Source of the DNA: Chrysomallon squamiferum
Lineage: Eukaryota > Animalia > Mollusca
Assembly: GCA_012295275.1 (NCBI GenBank)
Contig: CM022673.1
Span: forward strand, 11,284,001 to 11,348,000
Reading direction: 5' to 3'
Length of the DNA stretch: 64,000 nt
Below, piece after piece: positions 12,501 to 21,977 of the stretch (the stretch's first letter is position 1; every line of letters begins with the position of its first letter). The notes beneath the pieces were generated by a model, which saw only the letters and a list, made by a program, of their open reading frames with translations, was not told the DNA's origin and ran no database searches. Made by a program: the position numbers and the translations under genes.

Positions 12501-14615
12501 TTTTTACTCATTAGCTGCTGTTGATAATATTATTGCTGTTGCTGCTGCTATACCTACTATCTGAATTAATACTACAACCATTACTTTTATTTCTAATACA
12601 AATGCTTATATTATTATTTCTGTAACCAGTGCTGTTACTACAGCTACAACAGCTACTATTATTACTATTATTTTTACTATTACAAAAAAAGGATATAAAA
12701 ATGAACCTTTAACAAAATACATAATAATACAAGCTCATATTGTGTTGTACTTAAATGGTTTGCAGAATGGTTTTGTTCTCAATAAAACAAAACACATTTT
12801 AAAATAGTCTTGTAAGATAATTAATTCTCTTTGTTTTAAGGTTTTGAGGAACTGAATGTTGGAAGCTCAATTCAGAGCAACACAACAGAACAAAACTTGA
12901 CTCGACATAATGGATTATCCAGAGCAAGTCTCGTTGCTGGTTCCAGGGATAAAACAAACTACGCCCCAACTCCCAGAGAAAAACCCAGTCAGACTGCCAT
13001 GCCACCACGAGATGCTAGTCGGTAAGTCAAAGTTACAAGTAGATGTAACTTTCACTGTGTGCAAAATAGGAAAGTGTTGTCTTTTCTCTCTGTATTTTAT
13101 TATTAATAAAAAACCAGAAATGTCATTTTTGAAGTAATAGATCATCAGATTCTGATCCATCATTATCATCAAAATACCAAACATATTCAAGAAGTTAGTT
13201 ATTTTGTTTTTAGTTATTTAATTTGTTCTCTCTGTATTTTATTGTTAATAAAAGAATTGTCATTGTTTTTTAAAGTGATGCTTCAGATTCCAATCAGACG
13301 TTATCGCCAGTTAACATATATATACTTAAGAAGATTATTATTTTGTCTTTATTTATTTAATATATATTTTTTCTTGTCTCTCAGTATTTTATTATTAATA
13401 AAAGAAATGTCAATGATTTTTAAAGTGATACTTCATATTCACATCCAGCATTATCACCAGTTACCATACATACTTATGAGGTTTGTTATTTCTGTCTTTA
13501 TTTAATTTTGTTTTTCTTTTCTTTCAGTATTTTATTATTAATAAAAGAAGTGTCATTGTTTTTTAAAGAGATACTTCATATTCCCATACAAGAACACTAC
13601 ATACTTGAAAAGTTCATTATTTCATTATAATTTATTTAATTTGTTCTCTCTCACTGTATTTTGTTATTAATAAGAGAAACGTCGTTGTTTTTAAAGTGAT
13701 ACTTCAGATTCCCGTCCAACGTCCTCTCGCAGTGGAGTGAAGCCCAGCAACGACCTGCCTCCGAGTATAACCCCAGTGAAGATATCGCGAAAAGACCTCC
13801 GTCCAATGAGTGAGGAGGAAATAAACCTACGCAGGTCTAACCTGAGCAAAAACAACAGCTCTCCTACGTTACAAGGTAACAGTGCCGTTTGTAAACTTAA
13901 TTTGTTTGTGGTGTAAATTCTGAGACTAATGTTTCAGTTAACTGTGTATTTTGCAGAGCAAAAAGGGAAAAATGTTTTATCTGTTATATGTTTGTTTAAA
14001 TAATGTTGTTAATACAGTTTCGTTGGTGTTTTTATTTTTTTTATTTTTTTTATGTATGTTAAAATACCTGTTCACTACATATAATATGTACTCGCCTGTC
14101 TGGTATCATGATACTTACTCCTAGTACAAATGAAGAACAAAACTTTGTCTTGAAGTTGTCTTATTTTTCAATTCTTTTTTTCATACATATGTCCCCCAAA
14201 CACACACATTAAAATGTAATAACTGCTGTGATTTTCTGTGTTTAATTACAATAGGCAATAGCCCAGCCAATGCAATAAAGAGTCTTGAATCAGCAGCAAT
14301 TATATTTGATTAAATTTTATTTCTTTGTTTTGGGGAAACAAAGAAATAATTCATTCATTTTTTTCTTTTATAAGCTTTTTTTATAAAATATATATATATA
14401 TATATTTTTATTTTATTTTATTTTTTTTTTATTATTTATATTTTTTTAAATATTATTTTATTATTATAATTGTCATTGTTGTTATTGTTGTTTTGTTATT
14501 TTATCATTATTATTATTTTCTTTCCACAATAGATGTTTTTCCTGAAATCACTGTTTTAATTTATGTTTATTATTTTTTGACAGATTCTTTGGATGGAAGC
14601 AACCCTTGGACATGA
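2871..14615 (+). CDS. KIF27: Kinesin-4 family KIF27/KIF7 (Costal2-related) gene, 3' portion: linker, coiled-coil stalk and tail. The motor domain lies upstream of the window.
   Basis: Exons 2871-2984, 3468-3655, 3916-4037, 4265-4454, 4985-5081, 5749-5852, 6206-6313, 6943-7042, 7428-7570, 8366-8462, 8910-9014, 9689-9903, 10382-10493, 10943-11080, 11536-11723, 12229-12332, 12841-13021, 13708 (or 13733)-13875, 14584-14615. All are AG/GT bounded and phases chain consistently except at 13021/13708 (see findings). The peptides [88 protein letters not shown] and [11 protein letters not shown] match vertebrate KIF27/KIF7 as recalled. Confidence 0.93.
3468..3655 (+). CDS. KIF27: KIF27 exon ([10 protein letters not shown]...[33 protein letters not shown]...)
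   Basis: aacAG / GTATTT, phase 0-2. Matches the KIF27 SLDRIFAGFRTRSQMLL motif. Confidence 0.92.
3916..4037 (+). CDS. KIF27: KIF27 exon ([12 protein letters not shown]...DVRRSIP)
   Basis: ttttacAG / GTTAGA, phase 2-1. Confidence 0.85.
4265..4454 (+). CDS. KIF27: KIF27 exon (VTSIRSS...[11 protein letters not shown])
   Basis: gacAG / GTGAGA, phase 1-2; conserved KMRxLxINI. Confidence 0.92.
4815..5015 (+). repeat. 73-bp tandem repeat (about 2.7 copies) spanning a splice acceptor
   Basis: AG-AATGA recurs at 4837, 4910 and 4983 with shared flanks. Confidence 0.9.
4985..5081 (+). CDS. KIF27: KIF27 exon ([16 protein letters not shown]...VKALER)
   Basis: tttcAG / GTGAGA, phase 2-0. Confidence 0.93.
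5749..5852 (+). CDS. KIF27: KIF27 exon ([20 protein letters not shown]...)
   Basis: cacAG / GTGAGT, phase 0-2. Confidence 0.93.
6206..6313 (+). CDS. KIF27: KIF27 exon ([10 protein letters not shown]...IQNEK)
   Basis: tttcAG / GTAAGA, phase 2-2. Confidence 0.93.
6943..7042 (+). CDS. KIF27: KIF27 exon ([12 protein letters not shown]...KSKLE)
   Basis: ttttcAG / GTTAGA, phase 2-0. Confidence 0.92.
7428..7570 (+). CDS. KIF27: KIF27 exon ([25 protein letters not shown]...SGSLPPIN)
   Basis: tacAG / GTACGT, phase 0-2; close to KIF7 [17 protein letters not shown]. Confidence 0.92.
7543..7945 (+). repeat. About 102-bp tandem repeat (about 4 copies) spanning a splice donor
   Basis: tattaccatcaagatcctt recurs; donor-like AT|GTAAGT at 7745 and 7847. 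Confidence 0.9.
8074..8335. repeat. Intronic tandem duplication of about 125 bp
   Basis: aatatttattataa...ccccagattattttttatatgctgttatttattt...ctgttctg occurs twice. Confidence 0.85.
8366..8462 (+). CDS. KIF27: KIF27 exon ([21 protein letters not shown]...)
   Basis: tacAG / GTTAGT, phase 2-0. Confidence 0.93.
8575..8765 (+). mobile_element. Possible decayed SINE remnant
   Basis: ttctgttccagctaatgctcca...caaagaccatg resembles the core of a gastropod SINE as recalled; heavily degraded and unverified. Confidence 0.25.
8910..9014 (+). CDS. KIF27: KIF27 exon ([16 protein letters not shown]...KKLRSSQ)
   Basis: tgtAG / GTAAGT, phase 0-0. Confidence 0.93.
9689..9903 (+). CDS. KIF27: KIF27 exon (DLVRLSARL...VLSSDEER)
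   Basis: ccgcAG / GTTAGT, phase 0-2. Confidence 0.93.
10382..10493 (+). CDS. KIF27: KIF27 exon ([20 protein letters not shown]...)
   Basis: ttttAG / GTCAGT, phase 2-0. Confidence 0.93.
10700..10760 (+). mobile_element. Possible SINE 3' tail remnant
   Basis: gtgctgggatgtccttaaacattcattcat ends in a (CATT)n tail, resembling mollusc SINE/LINE2-type 3' ends as recalled. Confidence 0.3.
10943..11080 (+). CDS. KIF27: KIF27 exon (SEDNLMNRL...[11 protein letters not shown]...EME)
   Basis: ttgtAG / GTACAC, phase 0-0. Confidence 0.93.
11536..11723 (+). CDS. KIF27: KIF27 exon ([17 protein letters not shown]...[10 protein letters not shown]...)
   Basis: ttctAG / GTAATA, phase 0-2. Confidence 0.93.
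12229..12332 (+). CDS. KIF27: KIF27 exon ([25 protein letters not shown]...)
   Basis: ttttcAG / GTAATA, phase 2-1. Confidence 0.93.
12841..13021 (+). CDS. KIF27: KIF27 tail exon ([10 protein letters not shown]...PPRDASR); 3' boundary uncertain
   Basis: ttttaAG / GTAAGT, fully open from phase 1 and exits in phase 2. An alternative donor after 12987 (GTCAGA) exits in phase 1. Confidence 0.72.
13080..13735 (+). repeat. 128-150-bp degenerate tandem repeat (5 copies) filling a KIF27 intron and overlapping the next exon start
   Basis: tattttattattaataaaagaa..gtcattgttttttaaagtgatacttca(g/t)attc recurs, with the (pseudo)acceptor at 13147, 13285, 13435, 13578 and 13706. Confidence 0.9.
13708..13875 (+). 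CDS. KIF27: KIF27 penultimate exon (...[23 protein letters not shown]...); alternative acceptor giving a start at 13733
   Basis: cttcAG or ctcgcAG / GTAACA. Matches the KIF27 C-terminal TPVKLCRKELR...LSLRRS motif. Confidence 0.88.
14584..14615 (+). CDS. KIF27: KIF27 last coding exon ([10 protein letters not shown])
   Basis: tgacAG acceptor, phase 1, TGA at 14613-14615. Confidence 0.82.
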
Positions 14616-14774
14616 GCAGGAGATTTGAAAAGAAAAGAAAATTCACGTCAGTATTTAATTTACAAAGTCAGACAATGGTGCAGTCAGTATTATTCAAAAA
14701 AAAAAAAAAAATCCATGAAATCTTCTCTTTCTGAAATTAGTAAGCACTACAAAATGTATTGCATATAAACTCTT

Positions 14775-14821
<47 letters not shown>

Positions 14822-16704
14822 AAATAAAACAACAGAGAAACTTAAGTTATGGCTGTTAAAAATATTTAAACAGACTCTCTCATAGATTTTATTAATACCA
14901 GTGGCTAACACAACTCAAATAAGCTTTACTGTTTATATATACATGCATGCATAAATAGATCTGACTTGAACATGCAGTTCATGTACTTATTGCTTTTGGA
15001 CATTTAAGCTGTATCAAGCATAATAATAGTAGTGCCACCCACTTTTCTGAAATCCAACATCCACTCCCAATTTGTGACTTTATAACCAAAGTATTAGGAC
15101 TTAGACTATTTTTGTACCCATCAGAAAGCTAACTTTGTTGAAGAATGTCTGTCGATTCAAAACATTCCATGAGAAAGTATTACACTCGAGTATTTTTGTA
15201 TATAATCTCAGTTCACATTTTGTTTAAAATGTTTTTATAAAAGAACCAAATATCTACATGATTACACAGTTGTTTTTTTTTTTTTTATTCTGTGTTTGTT
15301 AGTAGTAAATATAATGTGACCAGTTTCTAAATAAGGGACAAAAAGTAATTTAGAACATTGGCTTCTATATGTATTTGAAGTAGTTGCAGCTGTGTGTTAA
15401 TTTTGTTCACAAAAATTCTTTAAAGCTTAGTTCACAACACTGGCTGCTAGATTTTAAAAAATTACTGCATTTTTAAATGTAAATTGGTGGAAAGTTGCCA
15501 AAAATATTGGATGGATATGTTCTAGAAATTGTTGAGCTTATTTTAGCAGTTTTAAGAACTTGTTCTACTTCAGACTTCAGTAACAATTTTATTTTTATTT
15601 ATTTATGGATGTATGCTTATTATTATTATTATTATTATTATTTTAAAACTTAGCTCAATGTACAGAAGTTGATAAATATGTGACTTAGCATGCAGAATAT
15701 GTCACAAGTGCTGGATACCCTTAAATAGATTCACCTAGCACATCTGCCTGTTAATTAGAAAATAAATTAATTATACAAGATTACATTTAGTATTTTCTTA
15801 ATAACTAAACACTGAAACAGTTAAAGAAAACCTACTGTCCAAAGAAGTAAATGTTCTTTTTTAAATTTGACTGAAGTTTTCATGTGTTTGTCCATTAAAA
15901 ATAAATTATAAAACATGATAAAGAAGAATAGGTGAACATCTGAAAACCTTCAAAGACAATCTGTTTGTAACCTGTCTGAAGATTAACAGTAATTTAATGT
16001 GACTTTGTTTTAGGTCCTTTTATTACAGATAAATTATTCAACAAGACCAAATGGATAGACAGATCTTATTTATATTTTCCATGATTATCATTTGTATAAT
16101 AAAAAAAATTAGAAATATCATTATGTTAATTAATATGTTGCATTTATAGTTAAAACCTGCCTTGAAAATGAATATTCTATCCAGTATTTGTTAAATGTTT
16201 GTTGTGTGTGTGTGTGTAATTTATTTATTTATTAGCTTGTTTTAAATATATTGCATACCTTGATGTTTGGTGCCACTGTAAATCTGACTATGGATGTTCA
16301 TGGCTTAGTTTGTTTGTATTCTGAGAAACCATTTTAATGCTGTGTTGTGACAAGGTGAGATATATTATTAGTCCAGTTATGAAGGCATTTAACAACTACA
16401 CTTGTCTTTAAGGAAATATTAATTATTGTACATATTTATTAAAAAAACTGTATACACTTGTGTATGTATATATACCCACACCCAGAAACACACAATTTTC
16501 ATAAGCCACTCTGAGCTATTCTGCCAAATAAGAGTGTTTTGAGATAATATGGCAAGCTTCATCATATCAAAAGTAACTGTACATATTTCCTTGTGAAGTT
16601 CATTACTAACAGTCAAAACTGATAAAAGACATTCTGTAAACTTCTGTTTCTAAAATTACCATTAGCCAGTCAAAGTTATTGGCAATGGAGTTACTAATAA
16701 TTGC

Positions 16705-16860
16705 TATCAAAAATACTATTTCTAATTGACAATTAAAAAAAACAACCTATTTAGGATAGTGACAGTTAAAAATATTATGTCTAATGTGGCAATTAATAAT
16801 ATTATTTCTAATAGTGACAACTGAAAATATTTCTAACAGTTGAAAATATTATTTCTATTT
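16705..16860. repeat. Degenerate repeat of about 28-30 bp (aaaatattatttctaatagtgacagtt)
   Basis: Five to six imperfect copies read by eye. Confidence 0.6.
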
Positions 16861-18025
16861 ATTCCTGTCAACCATATAAAATTTTTGCTCCACTGTAAGT
16901 AGCTATCAACCAATAATTGGTTACATGCTTGTCTCAGAAATCTCCACAGTTCTGTGGCCCACAGCAGGCATACTTGATCAGTTTATTAATAAAAGAAGCC
17001 TAAAAAAAAGTTCACATTGTTTTACATACAAGTCTCTTATAATGAGTGAACGTTAAATAGGTCATAACCACAACATGATATAATTGAACTATTGATTAGT
17101 AACAAGTGTATTAATATTTCTCCTTGAAACTTGTTATGGGTTTAAATGATAGATGATTTGTTGCTTGAGTAATTGTCATATATAATGAATGTATTTCTCA
17201 TTTGTGAAAGTCATCTGCTTCAAATTGCATATCATATAGAGCAAAAGTTATACCTATTAATCAAAGAACAGTTTTTACTATTTATATCTGTTTAATTTAT
17301 ATAGCTAGTGTTGATGTAAATATTATATAAATAAATAAACAACAGTCATTTTTATTATATTTTTAAATTTTTAAAATAAAATTCAAATTCAAATTCAAAA
17401 TGGACATTATTGTCTTGTAATGAAAAACTAATTTGCAGGAAAACTATGATAATGTGAAGATATATGTACTTAAACATTCCATAATTTTGTGATATATTCT
17501 GACATATTATTTACCAAAATATATTTAAAATATTTGTAAAAACTAATAAATTTCTATGCTCTTATCTCTCTTTTTTTTAATTTATTTTTTATTTTTTTAT
17601 TTAAAACTAATCCGTCCCAAATCAGCATGTCTATTCAGCATAGAAAAACACAAATACTTTATAAATAATTAGAATAGTATTATATTTGTCATTTCTGTCA
17701 GAATTCATGTCCAAGAAATATGTGATTGAACCACTGATATGTATAGCAGCAAATTAATATATTAGTATAATTTGAATAATAATTTGTCTTATTTATTTAT
17801 GACTGGTAGGATAATGGAAAATTGCCCTAATTTGTTTTGGCTGTGCCATTAGACTTTTCTTACAGAACATTTAATTTGATATTTTGTTAACCAATTAAAA
17901 TCCTTAATACATCTGTTGCAGTTTATCTCAAACAGTTTATTAAAAGTTCTTCTTTGATTGATTGTTTTGTTAATCAGTCCAAAGCAGTAAGAGTGAAACA
18001 TTTCACAAGCTCTTCTTTATATATT

Positions 18026-18060
<35 letters not shown>

Positions 18061-18090
18061 TTTTATTGTTAATGTAAAAAGTACCTAAAC

Positions 18091-18130
<40 letters not shown>

Positions 18131-18690
18131 CATTTGTAATTTCATTCAGTTCTAAAATATTAAGTATTCTTTTTGATTTTGTTATAAGCAGATGGGAACA
18201 TTTCTTACAAGATCTTTCAGTTTGTTATTTATAAGAGGTAATTTTTAGTAACCAAGGATTTATCTTTGTTATGTTTCATGTATCAAAATATTATTTCAAA
18301 GAATGGTGTTTTTAGTCATGTCTCTTGAATTCAAAATTAAGTTAGGGAATTTTCCTTGTGATAATATACAACACGCATATATATATATATATATTGAGTG
18401 ATTATTCATTTTAACAATTGTTATAAAATATATAAAATGTATATCTTGCCACAGTACTATTGTTATTTTTTCAAAGAACAGTAATTAATTTAAATTATGT
18501 AATATTTCAGTTTCTTAAGCAAAATCTTGACTTGATTCTTGCATTTCAGTGAATTATGTAATTGAAAATAGAGACATGGATTGAGAAATATTCAGTAATA
18601 TTTTTATTTTTCAAGATCAAGAAATTTTCCACTCTTTCATTTATTTATTTATTTATTTATTTATTACTGTTACTGTTGTTACTGTTGTTG

Positions 18691-18737
<47 letters not shown>

Positions 18738-19193
18738 TTAAATCTATTTGCCTGAAATCATAGAGAAATTGTAAGACTAGAACACCAGATCCAATATTAA
18801 GGTATATTACTTAAATATATGTGTATACATATGAATCAGTCTTAATATGTTTATAATATGACATTTAAACAGTAAATAGTGACGAGTTATTGGAAGAATT
18901 TAACTTTATAATTAATGTAAACATCTAATATTAAACGTATTTTATATTTGCCAAAATTATTTGGTGTTTGAATTAAAAGGACATGTTGGAAATGATGCTG
19001 TGATTATTATTATATGAGTTTTACATAAATACATTATTCTATTATTATTATTAATATTTTAATTAATTGCCACAGTTTTATATATATTGTATTTATTAAC
19101 CACAGAAAGTCAAAGTATTTTATTTATTGTTAAATAATTTGTGACTGTACTTACGTAAATATGCTACTTAATTAGTTTTTGAAAAACAATTGT

Positions 19194-19199
19194 AATAAA
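19194..19199 (+). terminator. Probable distal polyadenylation signal of the kinesin gene
   Basis: AATAAA followed by T/GT-rich sequence, located exactly where CpG depletion ends. Other AATAAA hexamers lie upstream, so usage is inferred. Confidence 0.4.
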
Positions 19200-20317
19200 A
19201 TATATAGAAACAGCGGTGGTTTCGTCTTAAATATTGTTTCTATTTTACATTCTGTGTTTGTGTTATAGTTTATATAGAACTTAGTGACTGCTTAAAGTGT
19301 GCCTTTGGTGATACGAAAAAATAGGCCAAATGTATTCAGCATACTTCCAAATTTACATGTTTCATTTGGTTTTTGACATTCAGTTTTAATGCATAACGAA
19401 GTATAACAACAAAACAGAAGCGTTAAAAAGAATATAAAGGCGCCGCCATTTTTTTATAGTGGTTTTTTGTTTTTACGTTGAAGGGATAAATCAATTACTA
19501 GTCCGTCATATAGCTGGGCGTTGGGCCACCCTCAAATTTGTGAAATGCCCCTTTTATTTAGGATTTTTAGGATTTTTACAAATTTTATTATTATTATTTT
19601 TTAAGTTTCTGTAGATGTATAAAACAGTTGAATACGTCTGCCAGCGTCCCTGTTGTAGCACTATTATATTATGGTCCCTCTGAACCGTGTGTAATTTTTC
19701 GTTAGTACCTTTTCATAATGTTATGGTGCATTTTCTTTTTTTTATGATGGACCACCTCTTCATCAGAAAAGCTGGATCCGTCCCAATATAGGCGATAACG
19801 TCATGACACCACTTGTAAAGGGGGAAAATGGCAAAAGTTCAAATGTTTTATAACAGTTTAATCTATTGCATAATTATTTATTAGAGATTATAGGTCGCTG
19901 AAACCAAATAAAAAACTAACATTTCATTTGTACTATCATACGATGGAGATTCCACAGATGTATGGAGAATCCACAGATAACCAAGAAAAAGTATTAGTCA
20001 ACATTTATTTGCCTTTTATTTATTTATTAATTGTTAAGTTCTTGAGACTTATTAACGAGGGCAGTTGCATTCTTAGAGGGTTGAGACAGGGCGAACCCTC
20101 TCCCCAAACTGATTTGAAATGTTTATGCAAATTAGGTTCACGCGTATTGCCCACCACCAATCAAAATATTCCACGAAGAAGATGACGTCATTGGGCTAAT
20201 ATGTGTAAAACAAAAACACTGCTGTTCACAAACCATTGATGCCAGCGTCATGAAGAATGAAGTTAGTCATACAGAAATAGTACTTATTTTGATATAGAAA
20301 ACGTACGCCTGAATCTG

Positions 20318-21034
20318 TCACAAAATTGGCGTTTGTTTTGTTACGTCTGTTTCTGCATTGTTCGTTGGTGTTGCGCAAAACGCAATAACATGATCAGGAA
20401 AAGTAGCAACCTTTTTAGGAAAGCTGGGACTCAGCTCTATGTACCCGTCACCGGGGTCATCCAGCTCAACCAACAACTTCACCAGGCTCTTGTATCGCTT
20501 TTCACACAAAATGTTTCTTTTATTCCAGTCCAGCAAAGCGACTGAATTGTCGTCCGAAAACGTGTGCATTAGTCGGGTGATTCCGTTGTTATTCTCAAAT
20601 TTTATAGGCAAGCTTCCAACACGGTTAGAACATGTAATCGAGGGAAGCTTCACATTAACACTGTGAGCATTGTTAAACAGAGCATTTTCACTTTGAAGAC
20701 CGTTGTACAATGGACAAGTTTTGTCAACTTTCGTCTGGTGCGCCAGTGTGTACTGCTGTTTCATCATACGTCTAAGAACGAAAGACTTCCGGTGCAGGTC
20801 AAGCAGACGACTAGCTTTCTGTTGTTCGTGTTTAATTTGTGACAGCTTGACATCAAGCATCTGTTGCTGGGTCACGTTGTCATACAGAAGGACGCGGGAA
20901 ACGCTTGTTTTTGGCAGAACGCTCTGAACTTTCTTGCCGTAATTTGGAATTATCCGCGGGGGTCTGTTCATGTACTTCAGATCTGTGGTTTTCTTCTGTT
21001 TTGGGACAATTTCTTCTTCATCCATGGGCGACAT
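20318..21034 (-). CDS. Uncharacterised 238-aa protein with a predicted N-terminal coiled coil; single coding exon
   Basis: 717-nt non-repetitive ORF with raised GC in a very AT-rich background. A splice acceptor (ttttccacattttacAG, minus strand, 21041-21040) lies 5 nt before the ATG. Candidate donor AGAG|GTAAAC at 21397/21396; minus-strand AATAAA at about 20004-20030. Confidence 0.85.
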   Translation of the reverse strand: MSPMDEEEIVPKQKKTTDLKYMNRPPRIIPNYGKKVQSVLPKTSVSRVLLYDNVTQQQMLDVKLSQIKHEQQKASRLLDLHRKSFVLRRMMKQQYTLAHQTKVDKTCPLYNGLQSENALFNNAHSVNVKLPSITCSNRVGSLPIKFENNNGITRLMHTFSDDNSVALLDWNKRNILCEKRYKSLVKLLVELDDPGDGYIELSPSFPKKVATFPDHVIAFCATPTNNAETDVTKQTPIL

Positions 21035-21938
21035 CGTTTCTGTAAAATGTGGAAAATATGAAAATATGAAAATGTAGAAAATAACTTAGCATTAAATACA
21101 CTAAATACGTAACGTGTCGGATTTTAAATACAGAATCAAAACAATCTCATCAGAAAGAACCATCTACCGAGTAATACTGACAGATAGAGAGACAATTTTA
21201 ACATCACATAAAGAAATAAAAGTACATCATTTCCATCTTGAAATAACACTCAACGCCCTTTCGATAAAAACGTATTATAATAATAACACTAAAATGTTCA
21301 TAGTGTACCAATAAAAAAAAATACATTATTCATTTCGCATTTTGACCAGACTTCATTTAATACTCTTCAATACCTATTAACAGCCTCGCAGTTTACCTCT
21401 GACAAATATCCACGAATACCAGTTATTAAAACGTCTGTGTATGCATACTACAATACCGATAGGCTAGTCAGGTCATATCTATGCTGCTAAAGTTTATTTA
21501 AAGCGAAGGTAACGTGCGACTAAAAAGACGTATGGGGGGAATGGAAAGAGCATGTATTTCTCGATTAAATGAAGACGGATTACCAGCTATTTTCAAACTG
21601 GTTGTCGTTTCTTAACGCGAGTTTGTTTGCAAACCCGCCGATAAATATATCATTGCTAATGTTTAGTTAAGTATTAATCAATGCTATTTAGCTCGGCCTG
21701 ATTGTTGGCTGGCTTCACGGATTGTCACCCGTACATGTCGTTACCACTGATAAATAGACCTCGTGCGGTCAGCGTGAAATAATAAGTTCACGTAGTAAAA
21801 GAAAAAAAAAATGAGATGATAGTGTGAGGGAGTCAGTTAAAGGAGAGAAAAAAATTGTGTGTATGTGTGTGTGTGTGTGTGTAAAATGTAAATTTTCAGA
21901 TTTTAAGCTATATTGTTTTCCCTTACTATATACATACT

Positions 21939-21977
<39 letters not shown>

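Noticed and set aside
12910-13137. ORF-track frame [10 protein letters not shown]... as the kinesin exon frame
   Set aside because: Stops at 12853 and 12898 in that frame; it would need a weak internal acceptor at 12922.
19495-19790. GC-raised fragments ending CTGGATCCGTCCC (similar ones at about 22185-22240 and 28783-29020), MITE-like
   Set aside because: Termini too degraded to define inverted repeats or target-site duplications without a repeat library.
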